Position numbers and translations under genes: made by a program
DNA from: a virus
Lineage: Duplodnaviria; Caudoviricetes
IMG/VR virus record: IMGVR_UViG_3300017766_002845
Coordinates: 1-41,029 of that record
DNA length: 41,029 nucleotides
Direction: 5' to 3' (one strand)
The notes under the pieces: model-generated
The model's input: only the letters and a program-made list of their open reading frames with translations
What the model was told of the DNA's origin: nothing
The model's database searches: none
Part shown: positions 34,589 through 41,029 of the stretch, piece after piece
How the letters are laid out: every line of letters starts with the position of its first letter
How positions within the stretch are numbered: position 1 is the stretch's first letter

Positions 34589-35115
34589 GCCGGGCGCTGC
34601 AGCTGGCGGAGCAGCACAAGGGGCGCGCCGATGATTGCGGCGAGCTTGCGCGGGCGGTGCTTGAGGCAGTGGCACCCCCTGTGCCCGAGCCGAAGTGGCC
34701 GCCGTGCCGTGGAGTGCCGCGTGCTGGGTGCAACTACCTTGCTGCGTGCGACTCGATTTGCAACAAGTGCGGTCAGGTGCATCGCTTTCCCGATGCAACC
34801 CACACGCAGCCAGCGAGTGAGCCTGTTGCGTGGCATGTAAACCATCACGGAAGCTGTCAGATTTTTACGAGCCTTGATGGCCTCGATTTGACGGAATGCA
34901 CTGTTGCGCCGCTCTACGCCACCCCGCAGCCAGCAGCCGCCCCGGTGCTGCACGTCCCGGTACTGCACGTCCCGCTGCATGGCGTCGAGTTGCGGGCCGA
35001 GTGCCGCTCGCGCTTCCTGGAGTCGTTCACGGTCATCGTCGACCCCGACGTGCCTGATGGTGAGGCGCACCTGGTGCACGGCGGCCGGGTCATAGCCAAG
35101 CTGGTGCTGTCATGA
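34585..35115 (+). CDS. hypothetical mosaic protein
   Basis: ATGA-coupled; CNYLAACDSICNKCGQVH zinc-like motif, EPVAW...PLYATPQP. Confidence 0.65.
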   Translation: MSRALQLAEQHKGRADDCGELARAVLEAVAPPVPEPKWPPCRGVPRAGCNYLAACDSICNKCGQVHRFPDATHTQPASEPVAWHVNHHGSCQIFTSLDGLDLTECTVAPLYATPQPAAAPVLHVPVLHVPLHGVELRAECRSRFLESFTVIVDPDVPDGEAHLVHGGRVIAKLVLS

Positions 35116-35246
35116 GCGACTGCATCATCAACTGGCGCTTCGGCAGCTACCACTTCCAGATCCACCGCAACAGCCCGCACTTCACGTTCAGCCAGAACGA
35201 CTACTGGCTGCGCAACAAGCCGTCGCGCTGGTTTGAGAGGTATTGA
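35112..35246 (+). CDS. 44-aa hypothetical protein
   Basis: MSDCIINWRFGSYHFQI...WFERY; ATGA overlap; not in the ORF track. Confidence 0.55.
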   Translation: MSDCIINWRFGSYHFQIHRNSPHFTFSQNDYWLRNKPSRWFERY

Positions 35247-35247
35247 C

Positions 35248-35388
35248 ATGATGTTCATCGCTCTACAGCTGTTGGCCGTCGCGCTCTTCGCGGTGGCCGT
35301 CTACCTCGAGGCCGTCGGCGCGCGGGGCGCCCCCACCACGTTCGTGGCCGGCGCTGCGGTGTCGTTCCTGTCCGGGTGGGTGGCATGA
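35248..35388 (+). CDS. 46-aa membrane peptide
   Basis: GAGG RBS; MMFIALQLLAVALFAVAVYL...; stop overlaps the HNH ATG. Confidence 0.55.
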   Translation: MMFIALQLLAVALFAVAVYLEAVGARGAPTTFVAGAAVSFLSGWVA

Positions 35389-35807
35389 AGCCTTGCGTCG
35401 ACCACGGGCAAAGGGGTGACGAACACGGCTACGGCCGGGTGGTCGTGGCTGGTGTGAGAGTGCCTATCCACCGCTTTCTCTACTGCGTGGCCAACGGCGT
35501 CGAGCTAGACGCTGTGGGCGAGCAGCTGACACTGCATGCGTGCGACAACCCGCGCTGCATTGAGCCTTCACACCTTCGGCTGGGCACGCACGACGAGAAC
35601 ATGGCCGACATGTCTCAGCGTAGACGCCATCGCAACTCAACACTCAGCCCCGCTGCGGTGGCTGACATCAGGGCGAACTGCAAGCCGGGCAAGGTGGGAG
35701 ACCACCAAACGAACCCCGCCGGCTTGCGCGCTTTTGCCAAAAAGTACGGCATCAACCACCGCTCAGTGCGCAACGTGCTGGCCGGTGTGAGCTACCGCCA
35801 CGAGTAA
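35385..35807 (+). CDS. HNH endonuclease with C-terminal HTH
   Basis: GYG...HR...LHACDNPRCIEPSHLRLGTHDENMADM. Confidence 0.9.
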   Translation: MKPCVDHGQRGDEHGYGRVVVAGVRVPIHRFLYCVANGVELDAVGEQLTLHACDNPRCIEPSHLRLGTHDENMADMSQRRRHRNSTLSPAAVADIRANCKPGKVGDHQTNPAGLRAFAKKYGINHRSVRNVLAGVSYRHE

Positions 35808-35812
35808 TTTTC

Positions 35813-35903
35813 AAGGACCGTCAGGCGAGGCATCTGCCGCGCAGCCGAAAGGCTGTACGGGGTGGTGCTCGTGGCAGGTGTCTCACCTGACGGCCCTTTT
35901 CTT
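35813..35903 (+). ncRNA. long hairpin leader/attenuator upstream of the primase
   Basis: About 29-bp imperfect stem enclosing a cagcc-gaaa-ggctg GNRA hairpin, followed by ttttctt. Confidence 0.55.
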
Positions 35904-35924
35904 CAACGCACCACCCTAGAAACA

Positions 35925-38174
35925 ATGACCACATCACGCTGGGGCGCAACGCCCGACGACTGGAATTTCCTCTGCACCCAAGGCATCACCACCGACCTGC
36001 TCCCTGTGGTCTCGAACCCGCAGGCCGTGATCTCGGAGCGGTCGGCCATGAAGGATCTGGGCAAGACGCCATCGCGCTACAACGGCGCGCGGGAGGCCGT
36101 GGGCATCCCGAAGTGGACCACGGCCCAGACCGAAGAGCGCGAGGTCAAGCGCTGGCTGCAGGACGGCGACCTGGGCATCTGCGTGCAGACGCGCAGCTGG
36201 CGCGCCATCGACATCGACATCGCTGACCCAGCCCGCGCGGCCGAGGTGCGTGAGCTCATCGAGATGACCGCCGGCAAGATGCAGCTGCGCATGCGCCCCA
36301 ACAGCGGCAAATGCCTGCTGGTCTTCCAGTACGACGGCCCGCTGACCAAGCGCGTGATCAAGACCCAGGACGGCATCATCGAGCTCCTGGCCACGGGCCA
36401 GCAGTTCATCGCCGTGGGCACCCACACCTCGGGCGTGCGCTACGAGTGGCCCGAGGGGCTGCCTGGCGAGCACTTCCCCGTGGTCGAGCTCACGCTGCGC
36501 GAGATCGACGACCTGTGGGCTGGCCTGATGTCGGTGTTCGGCCTGTCGCAGACCGAGCAGAAGGCCGGCGTGCGGCCCACGGTGGCGCGCTCGCACGAGC
36601 AGATGCATGGCGACCCCCTGGTGCCGTTCCTGCAGGACAACGGCTGGGTGCGCAGCTACGACAACGACGGCCGGGTCCATGTGCGCTGCCCATGGGAGGA
36701 CCAGCACACCACCGACTCGGGTGACACCGCCACCTCGTACTTCCCCATCGGCGTTGGGGGCTTCGCCAATGGTGGTTTCAAGTGTCTGCACGCTCACTGC
36801 GACACCAAGCACCTGGGCAACTTCGAGCAGGCCGTCGGGTTCATCGCCAGCGAGTTCGAGATCATCCCCGAGACCCCGCCACCACTGGTGCAGGGCGAGA
36901 GCCAGCCAGGCGTCGGCCGGGCGTTGGGCCTGTTCGACACCGACGAGGCCTGGCCGGTGCTCACGCGCACCAGCAGCGGGGCCAAGAAGGGCCGCATCGA
37001 GTGCACGGCCAACAACATGCTGCTCATGCTCGCGCGCCCCGACATCGTGCGCTGCCGCGTGGCGCTGGACAAGTTCAAGCAGGTCATCCTGATCGAGTGG
37101 GCGCCCGAGCTCGCGGCGCAGAACAGCCCGGGCGATGAGCCTGGCCAGTGGCGCCCGCTGGGTGACAGCGACTACATCTACATCCAGCAGCAGCTGGACC
37201 TGCGCGGCGTGTCCGACCCCTCCACCGAGAAGGTGCGCGCAGCGGTCAGGGCGGTAGCTGCCAGCTTCGCGTTCGACAGCGCCATGCTGTGGGCCCGGGG
37301 CCTGCACTGGGACGGCGCGGAGCGCATCCCTGAGTTCTTCTCGCGGTACATGGGTGTGGCCGCGTCGGCGTACACCACAGCGGTGTCCAACTACATGTGG
37401 ACGGCCATGGCCGGGCGCTGCCTGAGCCCAGGCATCAAGGCCGACATGGTGCCGGTGTTCATCGGCGAGCAGGGCTCGGGCAAGACCTCGCTGGTGGAGG
37501 CCCTGGCACCGGAGCCGGGCGCGTACCTCTCGGTGGACTTGTCGCACCGCGACGACAACCTGGCTCGCGCCATGCGCGGCAAGCTGGTGGGCGAGCTCGG
37601 TGAGTTGCGCGGGCTGCAGACGCGCGAGGCCGAGTCCATCAAGGAGTGGCTCACGCGGCGCTCGGACGAGTGGGTGCCCAAGTTCGTGGAGTTCGCCACC
37701 GTCTACCCGCGCCGGATCCTGTTCATCGGCACCGGCAACAACGAGGAGTTTCTGAGCGACCCCACAGGCTCGCGGCGCTGGTTGCCGTTGATGGTGGGCA
37801 GGACCGACATGGAGGCGCTGGTGCGGGATCGCGACCAGCTGTGGGCCGAGGCGGTCATGAAGTTCGACCTGGAGGGCATCGCCTGGCGCGAGGCGCACGA
37901 CCTGGCCAAGCACGAGCACGAGGACTTCAGGGTGGTGGACGCCATCGAACGCGACATCCAGACCTGGCTCGAGACCGACGGCATGGACGACAAGGAGGGC
38001 GTGCCAAGGGGCTCTCAACCGTTCCACATCAGCGTTTTGATGGCGGGTTTGGGCAAGGCGGGGGCCGGACGTGCGGACCAGATGCGGTTCGCTGCGGCGC
38101 TGAAAGCGCTCGGCTACAAGGTGCGCGTGACCAAGGATGGAGCCCGCAGTGTGCGGGTTTGGGTGAAGGCATGA
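35925..38174 (+). CDS. bifunctional primase-polymerase / VirE (VapE)-type SF3 helicase
   Basis: IDIDI prim-pol motif; CPWEDQH...FKCLHAHC zinc motif; GEQGSGKT Walker A; FIGTGN, DPTGSRRW, RDQLWAEA. Confidence 0.9.
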   Translation: MTTSRWGATPDDWNFLCTQGITTDLLPVVSNPQAVISERSAMKDLGKTPSRYNGAREAVGIPKWTTAQTEEREVKRWLQDGDLGICVQTRSWRAIDIDIADPARAAEVRELIEMTAGKMQLRMRPNSGKCLLVFQYDGPLTKRVIKTQDGIIELLATGQQFIAVGTHTSGVRYEWPEGLPGEHFPVVELTLREIDDLWAGLMSVFGLSQTEQKAGVRPTVARSHEQMHGDPLVPFLQDNGWVRSYDNDGRVHVRCPWEDQHTTDSGDTATSYFPIGVGGFANGGFKCLHAHCDTKHLGNFEQAVGFIASEFEIIPETPPPLVQGESQPGVGRALGLFDTDEAWPVLTRTSSGAKKGRIECTANNMLLMLARPDIVRCRVALDKFKQVILIEWAPELAAQNSPGDEPGQWRPLGDSDYIYIQQQLDLRGVSDPSTEKVRAAVRAVAASFAFDSAMLWARGLHWDGAERIPEFFSRYMGVAASAYTTAVSNYMWTAMAGRCLSPGIKADMVPVFIGEQGSGKTSLVEALAPEPGAYLSVDLSHRDDNLARAMRGKLVGELGELRGLQTREAESIKEWLTRRSDEWVPKFVEFATVYPRRILFIGTGNNEEFLSDPTGSRRWLPLMVGRTDMEALVRDRDQLWAEAVMKFDLEGIAWREAHDLAKHEHEDFRVVDAIERDIQTWLETDGMDDKEGVPRGSQPFHISVLMAGLGKAGAGRADQMRFAAALKALGYKVRVTKDGARSVRVWVKA

Positions 38175-38221
38175 GCGTGCAGCTTTTTGCACGTTTCATT
38201 GGGCGAAAAGCGCTGAATTTC

Positions 38222-38440
38222 GCTACGACCTTGGTCGTAGTGGATGGTGGAGGTCGTAGCGCAAAAAGCCCTTTGAAATCAACACCTCCTACGTCCTCTA
38301 CTACCTCTACGACCTATCTCTATAAAGGATGGGAGAATAGGTATACTGGGTTTTTATACAGTATTGTTACATTTGTTACATATTTGGGGGCCTCTAAGGA
38401 AAATGGATGTAGAGGTCGTAATGGACGTAGAGGTCGTAGC
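38222..38440. repeat. putative replication origin: CTACGACC-type iterons around an AT-rich core
   Basis: At least 8 exact or variant ctacgacc/ggtcgtag copies; the nearest arrays are inverted around AT-rich 38315-38405; directly downstream of the primase-helicase. Confidence 0.65.
38344..38363. promoter_or_regulatory. LexA (SOS) box
   Basis: taCTGggtttttataCAGta matches proteobacterial CTG-N10-CAG with TA flanks and an AT-rich spacer. Confidence 0.6.
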
Positions 38441-38489
38441 GTGCAGGTTTTTGCGCATTCGCGCGTTCAACGGTGAAAGGGCGACAGCG

Positions 38490-38750
38490 ATGAGCAAATT
38501 GGTCCCGCGCAATGACAGGGGCAATGTGATCGGTGAGGCGCACCATCGCGCACAGCTGACCGACGCTGACGTCGAGTTGATCCTCTACCTGCGCTTCGAG
38601 GCTCACCTCACGTACCCAGCGATCTGCGACAAGTTCGACGATGGCGGCTTCAAGCCCAGCCGGGAGACGGTGCGCGACATCTGCCTGGGCAAACGGCGCA
38701 GCCAGCTGGCGGTGCGCTACGGGCCAGCGGTGCGCCGCAAGAAGCCCTGA
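38490..38750 (+). CDS. HTH DNA-binding protein (possible late regulator)
   Basis: GEAHHRAQLTDADVELI...SRETVRDICLGKRR; upstream of TerS. Confidence 0.7.
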   Translation: MSKLVPRNDRGNVIGEAHHRAQLTDADVELILYLRFEAHLTYPAICDKFDDGGFKPSRETVRDICLGKRRSQLAVRYGPAVRRKKP

Positions 38751-38789
38751 GCGGCGCATAGAACCGCAGCGCTGCGCTACAACGCGCAG

Positions 38790-39368
38790 ATGACTGACGA
38801 CTCCTGGGTCCAACCCTTCCTCCAATCGCTCGCTGCCACCGGCATCGTGTCCCGCGCCTGCGAAGCAGCCTGCGTGACCCGAGCCCGGGTGATGGCGCGC
38901 AAAGCCAAGGACGCCGACTTCGCGGCCGGCTTCGAGGACGCCATGGAGCAGGCTGTGGACATGGCCGAGTCGGAGGCCTGGCGCCGCGCCATCAAGGGTG
39001 TGACGCGCATCGTGATGCACAAGGGCATCCCGGTGTGGCAGGTCAAGCGCGTGGCCCAGCTGGACCCCGACACGCTAGAGCCCACCGGCGAATTCCGCTT
39101 TGAGCACGTCCTGGACGACAACGGCCAGCCCATCCCCTACGTCGAGCACGAGTACAGCGACGCGCTGCTCGGCCGGATCTTGGGCGCGCACCGCAAGGCC
39201 TACAGCACCGAGCGCACCGAGATCACGGGCGCCGATGGTGGCGCGCTGAAGATCGACAGCGGCAAGCGCGCAGAGCGCATGCAAGCCCTCATGGCCATGG
39301 CAGCATCACGACGGGACGAAGCGCGGCGCCTGGAGGCCATGGCGGGCGAGCACGGGGACATTGCCTGA
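38790..39368 (+). CDS. terminase small subunit
   Basis: [43 protein letters not shown]. Confidence 0.85.
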   Translation: MTDDSWVQPFLQSLAATGIVSRACEAACVTRARVMARKAKDADFAAGFEDAMEQAVDMAESEAWRRAIKGVTRIVMHKGIPVWQVKRVAQLDPDTLEPTGEFRFEHVLDDNGQPIPYVEHEYSDALLGRILGAHRKAYSTERTEITGADGGALKIDSGKRAERMQALMAMAASRRDEARRLEAMAGEHGDIA

Positions 39369-40039
39369 TGCCGCGCGCACCGAACCAACGCCAGGCCTCG
39401 CCCTTCGGCTTTGCGCAGCCAGGCGCCACCGGGCCCACAGGACCAGCAGGCCCTCGTGGGCTGCAGGGTGAGATAGGGCCAGCAGGCCCCACCGGGCCGA
39501 TGGGACCGCCTGGCCCAGCCGGCGTGATGGGCCCAGCAGGCATAGGCCTGCCAGGCGCCACTGGCCCAGCGGGGGAGCGAGGCGCCAAGGGCGATACAGG
39601 CGACACCGGGCCGCAAGGACCAACCGGCCTCACTGGTGCGACAGGTGCTCAAGGCCCACAGGGTGAGCGCGGACTGCAAGGCGATACCGGCCCAGCTGGC
39701 CCCACCGGCGCCACTGGACCACAGGGCCCAGCTGGTGCGACAGGCGCCACTGGCCCAGCAGGCACAGGTGGTGGCGCATCACCCATCGCCATCACCATCA
39801 CGGTGCCAGCCCCGACCTTCTACGACGAGGAGGTCGTCGCAGTGCCGGGGCTCACGACCGACAGCGTGGTGCGTGCGGCGCTTGCACTGCGCACCGATGC
39901 CGAGAATGACATCGAACACGCAACCGACATCGGGCTGCGCCTGTTCGCTCAGGCCGAGGTGGACCAGATCCGTTTCGTGCTGACAGCTGACACCCGATTC
40001 ACAGGCCCCATCCCCATCGTCTACGAGGTCACACCATGA
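39368..40039 (+). CDS. collagen-like protein
   Basis: About 37 Gly-X-Y triplets with one interruption, plus a globular C-terminal domain. Confidence 0.85.
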   Translation: MPRAPNQRQASPFGFAQPGATGPTGPAGPRGLQGEIGPAGPTGPMGPPGPAGVMGPAGIGLPGATGPAGERGAKGDTGDTGPQGPTGLTGATGAQGPQGERGLQGDTGPAGPTGATGPQGPAGATGATGPAGTGGGASPIAITITVPAPTFYDEEVVAVPGLTTDSVVRAALALRTDAENDIEHATDIGLRLFAQAEVDQIRFVLTADTRFTGPIPIVYEVTP

Positions 40040-40824
40040 GCATCTTCCGCAACCTAGCAGGCGCCTTCGTGCCCGTGCGTGAGCAACGCGCAATCAGCGG
40101 CACGCTCAACGTGCTCAACGGTGAGGTCGTGCTCGACGTCAACGGCGACCAAGCAGCGCTGGTGTACATCGGCAGCACGTCCTTCATCGGCACGCTGGAG
40201 TTCACGGGCTCGGCCGACGGCACGAACTTCTTCCCCATCATGGCCTACCCCTACGCGGTGGGCTCAGTGGGTGGCACGCTGCCGCTGTCGGCCCAGCCCG
40301 TGCTGGTCGACGCGCTCGTGGCAGCCAACACGGCGCGCGCCTACTCGGTGCCCTGTGGCCAGCTGCGTAAGGTGCGCGTGCGGGCCTCGGCCTACACCTC
40401 GGGCTCTGCGCAGTGCACGATCAACAGCGACACGATGGACCCGCTCAACCCGGGTGTGAACTCTCGGCCATCCACGCTGTGCGTGAGCGCCACCGGCGCT
40501 GCAGGTGCTGCGGTCACCGCCACGCTGCCGTTGGTGGCTGGCCTGCGCCATGTGGTCGACTACATCCAGGTCACACGCTCGGCCACCGCCGCGCTGACCG
40601 CCTCGGCCACACCGGTGGTGGTGACGACCACGGGCCTGCCGGGCAACCCCGCGCTGACCTTCGGCCAGGACGTGGCGGGCATCGGTGTCGACAAGGAAGT
40701 CAAGCTGGACTTCGGCAGTTCGGGCATCGCAGCCACCGCGCTAGCCACCGCCTCCACGGTGGTGTGCCCAGCCTACACCGGCGTGATCTGGCGCGTGAAC
40801 GTGGCATACCGGCTGGGCGCATGA
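40036..40824 (+). CDS. beta-rich hypothetical protein, probably virion-associated
   Basis: 262 aa; [15 protein letters not shown] and [13 protein letters not shown] jelly-roll-like motifs; ATGA-coupled. Confidence 0.7.
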   Translation: MSIFRNLAGAFVPVREQRAISGTLNVLNGEVVLDVNGDQAALVYIGSTSFIGTLEFTGSADGTNFFPIMAYPYAVGSVGGTLPLSAQPVLVDALVAANTARAYSVPCGQLRKVRVRASAYTSGSAQCTINSDTMDPLNPGVNSRPSTLCVSATGAAGAAVTATLPLVAGLRHVVDYIQVTRSATAALTASATPVVVTTTGLPGNPALTFGQDVAGIGVDKEVKLDFGSSGIAATALATASTVVCPAYTGVIWRVNVAYRLGA

Positions 40825-41029
40825 CCGCAGCCGAACTCGCCGAGCTCGAGGGCTACCTGACAGACGCCGAGCGCGCAGAGCTTGACGCGCTCGTGGCGGC
40901 TGACCTCGAGCAGCACCTGTGGTACCCGCTGCCCGGCCCACAGACCACAGCGTTCAACAACCGGGCCGACATCATCGGCTTCGGTGGTGCAGCTGGCGGC
41001 GGCAAGACCGACCTGGCCTGCGGCAAGGC
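40821..41029 (+). CDS. terminase large subunit, N-terminal part (3' truncated)
   Basis: WYPLPGPQ...IIGFGGAAGGGKTDL Walker A. Confidence 0.85.
   Translation, partial: MTAAELAELEGYLTDAERAELDALVAADLEQHLWYPLPGPQTTAFNNRADIIGFGGAAGGGKTDLACGK

Noticed and set aside
38222-38440. CRISPR-like mini-array
   Set aside because: Repeats are 8-12 nt, in both orientations, without regular spacers; DUF2800 is a phage exonuclease rather than a cas gene
38171-38476. 101-aa ORF starting at an ATGA overlap with the primase stop
   Set aside because: Atypical codon usage and low complexity caused by the iterons; better explained as origin DNA, although translation is not excluded
39420-39770. Tandem DNA repeat
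   Set aside because: Explained by Gly-X-Y collagen coding
1-41029. Integrase, att site or stop-codon recoding
   Set aside because: No recombinase motifs seen; genes read normally in the standard code with coupled stops. The part of the genome outside the window is unseen

Overview
The window is most of a high-GC tailed dsDNA phage genome with podovirus morphology. It resembles BPP-1/epsilon15-type phages, and the host is probably a proteobacterium. It runs from the C-terminus of the major capsid gene to the N-terminus of the large terminase. The plus strand (1-19069) carries capsid, cement, tail tube A/B, internal virion proteins including a 2993-aa polyvalent ejection protein, tail fibre and a holin/amidase/spanin lysis cassette. 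The minus strand (19004-34094) carries SNF2 helicase, VRR-NUC, HNH, DUF1643, PolA, SSB, a DUF2800 nuclease and many small early genes. A divergent promoter switch at 34128-34199 is followed on the plus strand by a Cro-like HTH gene, HNH, primase-VirE helicase, a probable origin, TerS, a collagen-like gene and TerL. No integrase, RNA polymerase, reverse transcriptase or CRISPR array is visible. The most notable unexplained signals are: (1) about 350 nt of tandem tRNA-like or structured RNA between SSB and PolA, whose last stem sequesters the PolA start codon; (2) an overprinted +1-frame gene inside the giant virion protein, right after a glycosylase-like domain; (3) a palindromic operator (YAGCA-N2-TGCTG) in all four leftward promoters; (4) a LexA/SOS box in the AT-rich core of the putative origin; (5) a T3-SAMase-like early gene with a possible divergent paralog. 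All family assignments come from motif recognition by eye and no searches were run.
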